From: Macrostomum hystrix
Lineage: Eukaryota; Animalia; Platyhelminthes
Assembly: GCA_950097015.1 (NCBI GenBank)
Contig: CATNEN010000029.1
Location: 434,001 to 498,000, forward strand
Length of the DNA: 64,000 nt
Reading direction: 5' to 3'
Under the pieces are notes generated by a model, which worked only from the letters and a program-made list of their open reading frames with translations, searched no databases and was not told the DNA's origin. Each line of letters starts with the position of its first letter. Position 1 is the stretch's first letter. A program made the translations under genes and the position numbers. Positions 12,301-25,000 of this stretch are shown one piece after another.

Positions 12301-15300
12301 CCGTGATTTCGTTCCAGCCAATGAGAGAGCTTGTAAAGCCTCAGCCAATGGCAGAGCGGGAAGGATTAGAGTTTCCTCCATAGCTAGGTTATTAAAAATA
12401 ACTCTCTTGTATTAGAGTTTCATCCAGCTTAGTGAGTAACTTGTTTAATCTACGAGGCCGCTGATTTCCTTTTGAATTCGAACCGCATAATTAATATCCG
12501 CCCTTTCATCCGCTTACCGCTGTAGTAAACAAAATGAGTCGATTCTTTATTTTTACCATTAACCCCACCAGGTGACATCCGGGGCCTCGAGTCTCTGCCA
12601 GTTGAGCAGTCTGCCAGAACAGGAGCAAAAACTGTTCTGCAAACAGTTGAACCAGGTGAGCCGCAATTTTAGGGCTAGTTAATAATAATAAAATAGTAAT
12701 AATTGATTATACCTGCCCCAGTCGGACCAGATGTGTAGCCGACAGCACAGCCGCAGCAAACAGGCTGCGTACGGCTGTTCAGTCCATGGACTGGGGGGAC
12801 GCCACACCCACCCTCAAATTACCCCAGCTAATGCTGGTACCCATTTAACAGCTCATAGGTGAACTGAAGCAATGCAGAATGCAGTGTCTTGCTAAAGAAT
12901 ACAAATTGTTCCGGTGTAGTCAGGAATCGAACCCCGACCTTTAAGTCGTGAGTACGACGCTCTAACCACAATGGAACAGCCCTTTTGGCAGAATAGCCAC
13001 AACAGGGCAAATTAACTACTAGCGAGTAGTAAGTAATCAATATACATTAATGATGACGCCAAAAGTGCTTCCCCATTCTTCCATTTCAGTACCTGGATGT
13101 AAGTTATGGTTGGGCTTGTCTTTTTTTCGGAAGATTTGAATTTTGTGTCGCATCTTTAATGCTTTTTTTAATCTTCTAATAGACATAACCAAGCCTTTGC
13201 ACAGAACAGAATTAGTATTTCAATTCCTCGGGGATTGATTGAAGCGTTTTATTCCTATTTAACTGATTTTATTGAGTGATTGGCTGCCATTCATTGAATT
13301 ATTTAACGGAAAGCCATAATTTGCATAACAAATCACACCCTTTGGTAATAACAAACCTATCACAGTGCCTCCCTGTAGCCATTTAATACGCCTTACTCAC
13401 TACTAACAAGAGTAACTGCACTGATCACGCGATTTAATAATATTCCTTTAGTAGCTGCAACCGTTTCGCAATCGATTTTTTTTGTCTAGCAAAATTACCA
13501 CTTACAGTACTAAGTACTGGGTCATTTTATTTATTGTGGTAACCAAGCCATGCGTGCTCGAATCCGGCTTTCCTAGTCTCTATTTACAATATAAGATCTC
13601 GTTTTCTGATCCAAGATCCCAATATAGAATCCAAGAAATCCCAGATCCCTACTCCAAGTCTCAGATAAAATTTATAATCCCAGATCCCTTTTCAAAATAC
13701 CAGATCACATTTCAGAATCCCAGATCCCGTTTCAAAATACCAGATCACATTTCAGAATCCCAGATCCCGTTTAAAAACCCCAGATCACATTTCATAATCC
13801 CAGATCACATTTCATAATCCCAGATTCCGTTTCAAAATCCCAGATCCCATTTCGAAATTCGATCACATTTCAGAATCCTACTCATGATACCAGATCCCTA
13901 CTCATGATCCCAGATCCCTACTCATGATCCCAGATCCCTACTAATGATACCAGATCCCTACTCATGATACCAGATCCCTACTCATGATCCCAGATCCCTA
14001 CTCATGATACCAGATCCCTACTCATGATCCTAGATCCCGACTTTAATCCCAGATCCCTAATCATGATCCTAGATCCCTACTCATGATCCCAGATCCCTAC
14101 TCATGATCCTAGATCCCTACTCATGATCCCAGATCCCTACTCATGATCCTAGATTCCTAAATACGCTCGTAGATTCCCATATAAAAATCTCATTAATTTT
14201 ATGTCCTATCAAAATGGCCAAACTTTTATCTTGTTAAAACAAAGAGCTCAATTAGTCAAATCGACTTGCGCTGTGTTATCCTTATTCATTCGTGGATGCC
14301 CCTGATTCGTCCCCTCCTTAAGGCTCTTACCAGCATGCGCGAGAGCCAATCGCAGCCCATCGCCAACCTGGACTCGCTGGTGGCTGCCCCGTCTGGCCAG
14401 CTGCCTCCGCCACCGCCTCCACCGACCTCCATGCGTCACCAGCTGGTGTTTGGCAACGATATCGACTCGGTGGACGTCGGGATTCGAATCTCCACCGCCC
14501 AGTTCTTTGCTTCGCCAGCTCTGCTAGGTGAGACTTCCGAATGCCTTGTAAGATATTCCAGTTCTCAAGATTGTTTTGGAATCTTCTCAAGATTGGAACC
14601 TTCTCAAGATTCTTTGGAATCTTCTCAAGGTTCTTTGGAATCTTCTCAAGATTCTTTGGAATCTTCTCAAGATTCTTTGGAATATTCTCAACATTCTTTT
14701 GAAGTGTCTCAAAAGTACATCGTCCCGTTACAGGCAACGCTGCTGAGCACAGCCGCTGCCTTCGCGCCCGACCCAGGCCGGTTGTGGCCTTCCAGTGTCG
14801 CGCATTTCTTCGCTCCAGGCCGCGCCGCGCAGTCAGCCAGTTCACCGACGCCCTGGCCCGCACGCAGGCCATCGAGTGCCTCGCCGAGTGGTGCCATTCG
14901 CCGGACAATTTGGCCTACGAGAGAATCGGCACCGGACTCCGCGATCCGGCGACCGTTGGCGACAAAGCCAAATGGTTCAGCCGGGATCTGCGTCGCGTCT
15001 GTCACGATTGCTGCGACGGTGAAGGCGCCGCGGCGAGGTTTCAACCAGTCTGGCCGACCGCCGATCCGTCAGCTGAGCTCGAGGCTGGGCCCGCCGCGGC
15101 TAGTTCTGGGGCGGCGCCGCCGCTGCCGCTCGACCGCAGTCTGGCCGACGGCGACCACGGCGGAGGTCTGGCGGTGCTGAACTCGGCCGAGTTTTCCGCG
15201 GCATTTCAGCCACCGAAATTGCCGCCGCTGCCTACGATAGACGGCGAGGACGGAGAGGGTGACTGTGTCTACAATAGTGGCGACGCCGACAGCATTAGCC

Positions 15301-17498
15301 AGAGCGGCGACGGCGGCTCGTCAAGTGAATTCAGCGGTGAAAGCGGCGACGATGAGGTTGACGAAGGCCTTGGTGACTGCGTGAGTGTAGCAATAATTCT
15401 ACTAGATCCTCACGGTTGGGATGTTATTCTACTAGATCCTCACAGTTGGGATGTTATTCTACTAGATCCTCACGGTTGGGATGTTATTCTACTAGATCCT
15501 CACGGTTGGGATGTTATTCTACTAGATCCTCACAGTTGGGATGTTATTCTACTAGATCCTCACAGTTGGGATGTTATTCTACTAGATCCTCACGGTTGGG
15601 ATGTTATTCTACTAGATCCTCACAGTTGGGATGTTATTCTACTAGATCCTCACGGTTGGGATGTTATTCTACTAGATCCTCACGGTTGGGATGTTATTCT
15701 ACTAGATCCTCACGGTTGGGATATTATTCTACTAGATCCTCACGGTTGGGATATTATTCTACTAGATCCTCACGGTTGGGATATTATTCTACTAGATCCT
15801 CAGTGTTTCCTCTCCTTTTCAGATGTCCAACAGCCAGCTGTCGCACTCAATGTCCACCTTAACAGCCAGGTAATTGTCTGCTAAACAAGTTTAGATATAC
15901 GACAAAGACCCTGGAAATGATATCCTCAATTTTCCAGGTCCGCACGTTCGGCCATTGCCGGTCAGCCGCCGTCATCGTCGGACTCAGTGACAGACAGCGG
16001 CCTGTCTGCAACGATAGGCGGAGTATCTCGAAGCTCGGTTGGCATAGCCGGGCCTCAGTTCAGCCGGTCTGGCAGCGTTCGCTATTCCAGCACCTCCGAT
16101 TTGAGTAGCCTGCGCTCACAGGTGCGCTACAGTCACGACGATTCGAGCCTCGGTGGTAGAAGCCACGGCAGCGGTTTTCTGTCTGAAATCAGCGAGAGCC
16201 TCGGCAATCGGGCTGGTGCCCGCATCGGTGAGGTTTTGGGTAAGTCAAAACTTATTTTTAACAGTCGGACTAGGGGGGGAATTTTCTCAGAAAATTTTTG
16301 GCAATACCTGAATGCTAACAGCGTTGGGTGGTGACTGATTGGTTGACAATCTAAGCGATGGTGTCCTGAGGTTGAGCTGCGCCTGTGCCTTCAAGGGCTT
16401 GATCAGTGAAATTGGAGAAATTCGCGTCAGGATGTCCATTGTGGCCTAGTTCCACCTGTTCTAGCCCTTGAAGGTCCAGCAAGTCCGTCTAGATAAAGGT
16501 AGGTGACCACCGAAGACGGAGATGATGCAGGCACATTCGGGTGACATGCTGATAAATTTTGAAGGCCTGGCAAGGCCGCACTGAGGCGCAGTGCTAATTC
16601 GTGTATAGGGAAAATCCGACCTTCGGCCAGAACCGTTGAATATCTCGACGGTGTGAAGAGCTGGCGACTTGATTCTTGTTTCAGAAGATGCGCAACAAAA
16701 CGTTGGCCGAGTTTGGTGTGCTTGCGTTGCTCCGTTCGGGTGCAACAAATTTGTTCCCCCCCTCCTTGATAGTTCTGAGCTCGATTCCGCGGCGGACCAC
16801 ATTCGTTTGGGTCGCAGCCGCGGAGAGAAGGCTTGGGGGCTTGTAGTGTAATTTACGCCCTTGAGGGTTAACCTCCAAGACACAGTGAGAGTGTGTGGCA
16901 GATGTACGCACCCCCTGTGTGGGCGTATGATTGCGTACAGTACCTGTGGGCGTGTGTGCTCAGGAGTCAGCGAAACGGGCAGAATTGCCTCATCGCTGGC
17001 TGCGGGTGTAGTGTCACCAAATGATGTGCTATTGCACACAGCCCTCCAGCATTTATTATTATTAAAGGGCTAGGCAAATTAATCAATGCACGCCGCGACA
17101 CTCTCGCAGCTCACCAGACTGCGGTGCGCCGGGGCCGCCCGCCAGCCACGGTGACTGGCGCTGGCCTGGAGGAAGAGCAGCGCTTCCTGCGCGAGGTGGC
17201 CTCCGGGGTGCTCGCAGGCCAGGGCGTCGGCTTCATCACCAAGTCGCTACGACTGAACAGCCTGATGTGCCAGGAGCGCTGCCGGGCCCTCCTGCTGGCG
17301 CTGCTTCGTCAGCGGCCGCCAAACTCGGCTGCCGCCGCGGCCGCCAGCGACGCCGTCGGTGCCGGTCGCCTGGCCGACGTTCCACTCCGGCCGTCCGTTT
17401 TCCGCGGCCTCCTTGACGTCCTGCGCGCTGTTGTCGCTGGCCTGACCTCGCAGTACTCCAGCAGCAACGGCAGCGGTGGAAGCGGCAGCGACGGAGGA

Positions 17499-17538
<40 letters not shown>

Positions 17539-20500
17539 TAGCCTCCGCAATGCTGCTGCTGGAGATCGCCTATACGCATTATTGCGAGACCAGGCAGGCA
17601 AGTTCCTGCTGATGTTGGCATGTGTGGCAGGACAAACTACTGACTACTAGGATGAATTGCATCCTACTCCTGAGCACACACGTACACAGATACTGTACGC
17701 AGGCACACGCTCACACAGGTGTGTTGGAGAGTATGTGTCAATCTCAAACAGTGTTGGAGAGTCTTTGTCAATCTCAAACAGTGTTGGAGAGTCTTTGTCA
17801 ATCTCAAACAGTGTTGGAGAGTCTTTGTCAATCTCAACAGTGTTGGAGAGTCTGTGAATCTCAAACAGTGTTGGAGAGTCTTTGTCAATCTCAAACAGTG
17901 TTGGAGCGTCTTTGTCAATCTCAAACAGTGTTGGAGAGTCTGTGAATCTCAAACAGTGTTGGAGAGTCTTTGTCAATCTCAAACAGTGTTGGAGAGTCTT
18001 TGTCAATCTCAACAGTGTTGGTGAGTCTTTGTCAATCTCAAACAGTGTTGGAGAGTCTTTGTCAATCTCAAACAGTGTTGGAGAGTCTTTGTCAATCTCA
18101 AACAGTGTTGGAGAGTCTGTGAATCTCAAACAGTGTTGGAGAGTCTTTGTCAATCTCAAACAGTGTTGGAGAGTCTTTGTCAATCTCAAACAGTGTTGGA
18201 GAGCCTTTGTCAATCTCAAACAGTGTTGGAGAGTCTTTGTCAATCTCAAACAGTGTTGGAGAGTCTTTGTCAATCTCAAACAGTGTTGGTGAGTCTGTAA
18301 AAACCCTAATCCGGCTAGTCAAACTAATCAAGACCTTATTATTTTCAGAAATCGGACTCCAGTTTTGACGACAGGCAGGCCAGAGATTGGGACTCCTCTA
18401 GCTTCATGTCAACATTTAGTGAGTGGCATTGTTAATTAGTGTTGTTGCATTGCCTTCTTTGAGAAAAATCGTGCTAATTGTTTAATTTCTGCTTTAAAAA
18501 TGAAAAATTCAAGGGTAAATTTCCCTCCTTTTCATAATTTCTACTCGGATCGCCGAAATTGTCAGTCGAAAGTACGAGTAAATGTACTTTTAACCGTGAT
18601 TTTAGTTTTCAAAGCAATCTTTGCACCGAGTTTTACTCGTTCTCATGTCCCTTAATTTTTCATCTGTTTTTACTTTTTTGCTATTTGTATCCTTAAAATA
18701 ATGTAAATTTCCCACCCTGCCGGTTGCTGGAGAACAGACATTGCTGCTTTTTGGTACTTTATTACGTAAAAGCATAGTCATCTTAAAATCCACTTTAGTG
18801 ATTTTTTATTTTTCTGATTTGATACGACCTAAGCGACAGCATTGACAGTTATCCCCTGAACCTTCAGTGCATTGACAGCTATCCCCTGAACCTTCAGTGC
18901 ATTGACAGTTATCCCCCTGAACCTTCAGTGCATTGACAGCTATCCCCCTGAACCTTCAGTGCATTGACAGCTATCCCCCTGAACCTTCAGTGCATTGACA
19001 GCTATCCCCCTGAACCTTCAGTGCATTGACAGCTATCCCCCTGAACCTTCAGTGCATTGACAGTTATCCCCCTGAACCTTCAGTGCATTGACAGCTATCC
19101 CCCTGAACCTTCAGTGCATTGACAGCTATCCCCTGAACCTTCAGTGCATTGACAGCTATCCCCCTGAACCTTCAGTGCATTGACAGTTATCCCCCTGAAC
19201 CTTCAGTGCATTGACAGCTATCCCCCTGAACCTTCAGTGCATTGACAGCTATCCCCTGAACCTTCAGTGCATTGACAGCTATCCCCCTGAACCTTCAGTG
19301 CATTGACAGTTATCCCCCTGAACCTTCAGTGAATTCCCAGTTATCCCCCTGAACCTTCAGTGAATTCCCAGTTATCCCCCTGAACCTTCAGCAAATTCCC
19401 AGTTATCCCCCTGAACCTTCAGTGAATTCCCAGTTATCCCCCTGAACCTTCAGTGAATTCCCAGTTATCCCCCTGAACCTTCAGTAAATTCCCAGTTATC
19501 CCCCTGAACCTTCAGTGAATTCCCAGTTATCCCCCTGAACCTTCAGCAAATTCCCAGTTATCCCCCTGAACCTTCAGTGAATTCCCAGTTATCCCCCTGA
19601 ACCTTCAGTGAATTCCCAGTTATCCCCCTGAACCTTCAGTAAATTCCCAGTTATCCCCCTGAACCTTCAGTGAATTCCCAGTTATCCCCCTGAACCTTCA
19701 GTGAATTCCCAGTTATCCCCTGAACCTTCAGTAAATTCCCAGTTATCCCCTGAACCTTCAGTGAATTCCCAGTTATCCCCCTGAACCTTCAGTGCATTTA
19801 AACTTTAATAGTTGATTTCAATATAAGCAACAATATTCAACAGTTACTATACAGACCCATCGCATTACGCATCTATATTAAAGTTGGTTGGCACTGTTTG
19901 CTTAATTAGTTTTACCTCTTGTTGTAGCGGATTGGTTTAAAGAGATTCGCCGAGACTCTGAAACCGCGGGTGCCTCGCGTAGAGCCAGCCAAGGTTTGTC
20001 GAAAATCACTAGATGCAATCCTGAGCTGTAGTTGTTTATTGTTTATTTGTTTATTATTTACTGTTTAGACTATGACTGCAAGCACAATGACAAAAAAATC
20101 AATATAAAAATCACAGTTGCTCACAATAACAGTTATTTCACGATTTTCTAACCTCCCATCTAACACGATTTGATTACCTAATTGCACCTAATTGCCTTGA
20201 TTGACCTGTTTTGTCATTGTATTGCTTCAAAAAATTTTACCTGCTGCACTAAACCTTTCTTAACCGTACTTTCAGTGGCCATTGCGGAGTCTAGTATGAC
20301 ACCTTTTATCGTCAATCTTAACCTAACTCAATAGATTTTTTTTATCTATAAGAATATATAATTCATTTGTGCAAATCGTCTGTCACTTTGATTGTTGGTT
20401 AATGGTTTGTTCTTTTAAATTAATTGATATAATGTACTGGTAATTGTACTTTTCTGTTAGCCATTAGGGACTGAAATTCTTTCTGAGCAGGAAAGAATTG

Positions 20501-23500
20501 TACTTTGCTACCTTTCCTTCTACGAACTTAAAGGTTTTCCTCAATTTTTTTTATAATTGGAAAAGCAAAGTAGAAGGAATTATCTAATTCATGGTTTTTT
20601 ATTTACCTCATATCTTAAATATATCCCTGATACCTCAGATCTATCTCTGATACCCCAGATCTATCCCTGATAATTCAGATTTATCACCGATACCCCAGAT
20701 CTATGCCTGATACCTCAGATCTATCCCTGATACCTCAGATCTATCCCTGATAACTCAGATCTATCCCTGATACCCCAGATCTATCCCTGATACCTCAGAT
20801 CTACCCTGATACCCCAGATCTATCCCTGATACCCCAGATCAATCCCTGATACCCGAGATCTATCCCTGATACCTCAGATCTATCCCTGATACCCCAGATC
20901 TATCCCTGATACCTCAGATCTACCCTGATACCCCAGATCTATCCCTGATACCCCAGATCAATCCCTGATACCCGAGATCTATCCCTGATACCTCAGATCT
21001 ATCCCTGATACCCCAGATCTATCCCTGATACCTCAGATCTACCCTGATACCCCAGATCTATCCCTGATACCCCAGATCAATCCCTGATACCCGAGATCTA
21101 TCCCTGATACCCCAGATCTATCCCTGATACCCCAGATCAATCCCTGATACCCGAGATCTATCCCTGATACCTCAGATCTATCCCTGATACCCCAGATCTA
21201 TCCCTGATACCTCAGATCTACCCTGATACCCCAGATCTATCCCTGATACCCCAGATCAATCCCTGATACCCGAGATCTATCCCTGATACCTCAGATCTAT
21301 CCCTGATACCCCAGATCTATCCCTGATACCTCAGATCTACCCTGATACCCCAGATCTATCCCTGATACCCCAGATCAATCCCTGATACCCGAGATCTATC
21401 CCTGATACCCCAGATCTATCCCTGATACCCCAGATCTATCCCTGATGCCTCAGATCTATCCCTGATACCCCAGATCTATCCCTGATACCCCAGATCAATC
21501 CCTGATACCCGAGATCTATCCCTAATACCTCAGATCTATCCCTGCTACCTCAGATCTATCCCTGATACCTTAGATCTATCCCTGATACCCCAGATCTATC
21601 CCTGATACCTTTGATCTATCCCTGATACTCCAGATCTATCCCTGATAATTTACATTTATCACCGATACCCCAGATCAATTCCTGATACCTCAGATCTATC
21701 CCTGATACCTTAGATCTATCCCTGATACCCCACATCTATCCCTGATTCCCTAGATATATCCCTGATACCTTAGATCAATCCCTGATACTCCAGATCTATC
21801 CCTGATAATTTACATTTATCACCGATACCCCAGATCTATTCCTGATACCTCAGATCTATCCCTGATACCCCCAGATCTATCCCTGATACCTTAGATCTAT
21901 CCGTGATACCCCACATCTATCCCTGATTCCCCAGATATATCCCTGATACCTTAGATCTATCCCTGATAATTTACAATTATCACCGATACCCCAGATATAT
22001 CCCTGATACCCCAGATCTATCCCTGATACCCGAGATCTATCCCTGATACCTCAGATCTATCCCTGATACCCCCAGATCTATCCCTGATACCTCAGATCTA
22101 TCCCTGATACCCCCTGATCTATCCATGATAATTTACAATTATCACCGATACCCCAGATATATCCCTTATACCCCAGATCTATCCCTGTTACCCGAGATCT
22201 ATCCCTGATACCTCAGATCTATCCCTGATACCTCAGATCTATCCCTGATACCCCCAGATCTATCCCTGATACCCCCAGATCTATCCCTGATACCTCAGAT
22301 CTATACCTGATACGATATATATCTGATGCGTCATCTATTTGTCATTCTTTGTCATGCTTAAATTCATATGTGTTTATTTATGAATTAGTGTTTATAATAG
22401 TTTTTTAGCAAAATCATTGAGAACTAAAAATATTGTACCGAATTTTCAGCCCTGAAAACTGTACAAATTTCTCAACCAACTCGCAATTCAGTTTCCGGCT
22501 CATCCGTTGTACTCAATGGCGAAGAGTACGAGAACATTGAGGTGCAGCAGCAGCAGCAACAGCAGCAGAGGAAGTCTGATCCTATGCGGGAGATGCTGTC
22601 GCAGAAAATGTCTGGCCGCGGTAGCGCCAGCCAAGGAGGCGGAGGTGGCGGACACCGCGGCGCCACAGCATCCAACGCCTCATCATCTCTGTCGGCGGCA
22701 TCGGCCTTGAGAATCGGTGGGGGCAGTGTATTCTTATACGAACGGCTACTGGGTAAGGACAGGTCGCTTCTCTGGGACAGCGCAGACTTCTGGGAGGACC
22801 TGTTCCTGGACTGGGTGGCCAACGAGAGAGAAGTCCTTAGCCTGGACTGCGGCTCGTTTGACAGGTGAGAGCTGCAGCCGTTGTCAGTGATTGACTGTGT
22901 ACAAGCATGGATACTGTGACGGATTAACTGTGTACAAGCATGGATACTGTGACGGATTGACTGTGTACAAGCATGGATGCTGTGACGGATTGACTGTTTA
23001 CAAGCATGGATACTGTGACGGATTAACTGTGTACAAGCATGGATACTGTGACGGATTGACTGTGTACAAGCATGGATACTGTGACGGATTGACTGTGTAC
23101 AAGCATGGATGCTGTAATTCATTGACTGTGAACAAGCATGGATGCTGTAATTCATTGACTGTGTACAAGCATGGATGCTGTAAATCATTGACTGTGTACA
23201 GCGCTGATTCTGTAAATTAAATCAGCCTCATTCGCGCATTGACACTGTTTCCCGATTTCCAATTCTCGAAGGCGCCGCCGCCGTCAGGAGCTGTACGAGG
23301 ACAGGCTGCTTGGCCGGGCTTTGCACAACACTGCTGCCTTCATGCTAGCCATGGGCGTCGACCGCGTCGAGCTTTGCCGACGAATTCGCCGCCTGCTGGC
23401 TCGCAGCCACGTCGGGCTTCATCACAGCCGGAAGATCGGCCGTCTGCTTGACAGCCTGCCACCTGCGCCAACCGGTGGCAACATCGTCCGCCTGCGCTGC

Positions 23501-24998
23501 CCGCTCAGTCGGCTGCCGCGGCGTCCATCCTTTGACGCCCGGCTGATGCCTCCGACGTCCGAGACGGCGACATCAAAGCCCGAGACATTCAGCCGGCTAT
23601 GCGAGGTTCGCTACCTGGAGATCTCCGACCACTGCCTGGCCCTGCGCTGCCGCAGCGGGGCCGCCCTTCGCCGTGTCTGGTTCGACTCCCTGGCCAGCGT
23701 GACCTTCGACCCGGCCAATCGGCGTCTGCTGCTGCTTACCGAGGCAGAGGATGAGGCTGCAGCAGCCGCCTCGGTGCCTCTGGCTCTGCGCTGTCGGCGA
23801 GGCCGTCGCGTCTGTCGCTGCATCCGGGATCGCGTGGTTCGCAGGGCCGGTGAGGATTCGGGCTGGATTCTAGGGATATTTGATCAATGAGGATTAGCAA
23901 TGAGGATTAGCAATGAGGATTAGCAATGAGGATTAGCAATGAGGATTAGCAACTGAGGATTGGATTATTAAAAGCCTGGGTTGGGTAATTAAAGGAAGAA
24001 TAGGATATTGAAAACTCAGGACTGGATAATGAAAACTCAGGACTGGATATTGAAAACTCAGGACTGGATAATGAAAACTCAGGACTGGATAATGAAAACT
24101 CAGGACTGGATAATGAAAACTCAGGACTGGATAATGAAAAGTCTGGATTAGATAATGAAAAGTCTGGATTAAATAATGAAAAGTCTGGATTGGATAATGA
24201 AAAGTCTGGATTGGAAAATGAAAAGTCAGGATTGGAAAATGAAAAGTCTGGATTGGATAATGAAAAGTCTGGATTGGATAATGAAAACTCAGGACTGGAT
24301 AATGAAAAGTCTGGATTAGATAATGAAAAGTCTGGATTGGATAATGAAAAGTCTGGATTGGAAAATGAAAAGTCAGGATTGGAAAATGAAAAGTCTGGAT
24401 TGGATAATGAAAAGTCTGGATTGGAAAATGAAAAGTCAGGATTGGAAAATGAAAAGTCTGGATTGGAAAATGAAAAGTCTGGACTGGATAATGAAAACTC
24501 AGGACTGGATAATGAAAACTCAGGACTGGATAATGAAAACTCAGGACTGGATAATGAAAACTCAGGACTGGATAATGAAAACTCAGGACTGGATAATGAA
24601 AACTCAGGACTGGATCACGAAATCTCAGGATTGGATAATGAAAAGTCGGGATTGGATAATGAAAAGTCTGGATTGGATATTGAAAACTCAGGATTGGATA
24701 ATGAAAAGTCGGGATTGGATAATGAAAAGTCTGGATTGGATATTGAAAACTCAGGATTGGATAATGAAAAGTCGGGATTGGATAATGAAAAGTCTGGATT
24801 GGATATTGAAAACTCAGGATTGGATAATGAAAAGTCTGGATTCGATAATGAAAAGTCAGGACAGGATAATGAACTCACTGTCTCACCACTCTGACGTCTA
24901 AACTTATTTCAGCCGCAGACAGCTCCAGCAACGGCGTCGTTGGCTGCCGTCTGAGGATCGGCCCAGACCATGTGCTGCTACAGCTGCAGAGCGAACGG
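9364..24998 (+). CDS. MADD: MADD / DENN-MADD / AEX-3 Rab3/Rab27 guanine nucleotide exchange factor (uDENN-DENN-dDENN plus C-terminal death-domain-like region), at least 14 exons; terminal exon unresolved
   Basis: Exons: 9364-9764, 10410-10554, 11240-11644, 12572-12655, 14323-14527, 14734-15380, 15823-15869, 15938-16239, 17110-17597, 18349-18418, 19928-19969, 22492-22864, 23272-23849, 24913-24998. Phases are consistent (about 1290 aa). MADD-like motifs: [135 protein letters not shown]. The small exons 18349-18418, 19928-19969 and 24913-24998 are supported mainly by phase fit. A candidate last exon is 29400-29432. Confidence 0.9.
10690..10856. repeat. 20-bp minisatellite in MADD intron 2
   Basis: Unit AAACATCTTCCAGAATCACC, about 8 copies. 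Confidence 0.9.
11690..12012. repeat. 42-bp minisatellite in MADD intron 3
   Basis: Unit TGTGTCTTTCGACCCTGTTGGGGTGTCTTCTGCCTCCGCTTA. Confidence 0.9.
12700..12990 (-). mobile_element. tRNA-derived SINE, family B (inverted copy in MADD intron 4)
   Basis: The reverse complement aligns by eye with 8602-8905 (ACCTGCCCCA, ACAGCACAGCCG, CTGTTCAGTCCATGGACTGGGGGACGCCACACCCACC, GCTGGTACCCATTTAACAGC, GTCTTGCTAAAG, GGAATCGAACCCC). Confidence 0.75.
13590..14158. repeat. 20-21-bp minisatellite in MADD intron 4 with two variant domains
   Basis: CAGATCACATTTCAGAATCC-type units give way to CAGATCCCTACTCATGATCC-type units at about 13880. Confidence 0.85.
14558..14705. repeat. 21-bp minisatellite filling most of MADD intron 5
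   Basis: Unit TTCTCAAGATTCTTTGGAATC. Confidence 0.85.
15395..15802. repeat. 30-bp minisatellite filling MADD intron 6 almost end to end
   Basis: Unit ATTCTACTAGATCCTCACGGTTGGGATGTT, about 13 copies. The intron spans 15381-15822. Confidence 0.95.
16775..17065 (+). mobile_element. SINE family A copy (5'-truncated) in MADD intron 8
   Basis: Aligns by eye with 44860-45175 (GATTCCGCGGCG, CGCAGCCGCGGAGAGAAGGCTT, GTGCTCAGGAGTCAGCGAAA, GTGTCACCAAAT) and ends in (TTA)n. Confidence 0.8.
17660..17722 (-). mobile_element. SINE family A internal fragment directly abutting a minisatellite
   Basis: CTCCTGAGCACACACGTACACAGATACTGTACGCAGGCA..CTCACACAGGTGTG matches about 55850-55908. Confidence 0.6.
17720..18297. 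repeat. 30-bp minisatellite in MADD intron 9
   Basis: Unit GTGTTGGAGAGTCTTTGTCAATCTCAAACA. Confidence 0.95.
18838..19797. repeat. 30-31-bp minisatellite in MADD intron 10, two variant halves
   Basis: CATTGACAGCTATCCCCCTGAACCTTCAGTG switches to AATTCCCAGTTATCCCCCTGAACCTTCAGTG at about 19330. Confidence 0.95.
20620..22312. repeat. 20-bp minisatellite in MADD intron 11 (about 1.7 kb)
   Basis: Unit CAGATCTATCCCTGATACC(C/T). Confidence 0.95.
22888..23200. repeat. 33-bp minisatellite in MADD intron 12
   Basis: Unit TTGACTGTGTACAAGCATGGATACTGTGACGGA. Confidence 0.95.
23885..24870. repeat. 13-bp array (23885-23960) followed by a 21-bp minisatellite (about 24005-24870) in MADD intron 13
   Basis: Units AATGAGGATTAGC and GATAATGAAAAGTCTGGATTG / GATAATGAAAACTCAGGACTG. 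Confidence 0.92.
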
Positions 24999-25000
24999 GT

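Noticed and set aside
12300-12480. Internal promoter in MADD intron 3 (two CCAAT boxes; similar motifs at about 30405 and 36990)
   Set aside because: Short motifs alone are not distinguishable from chance and no associated ORF or transcript feature was found.
13880-14158. Interstitial telomeric repeat
   Set aside because: Only an isolated CCCTAA-like word occurs. There is no tandem TTAGGG.
24190-24894. 234-aa (DNEKSGL)n ORF and similar long repeat ORFs (2023, 15416, 17647, 32223, 38113, 46023-47332, 54369, 57328-58514, 61489)
   Set aside because: These are stop-free frames produced by minisatellite periodicity, lying in introns or intergenic DNA.
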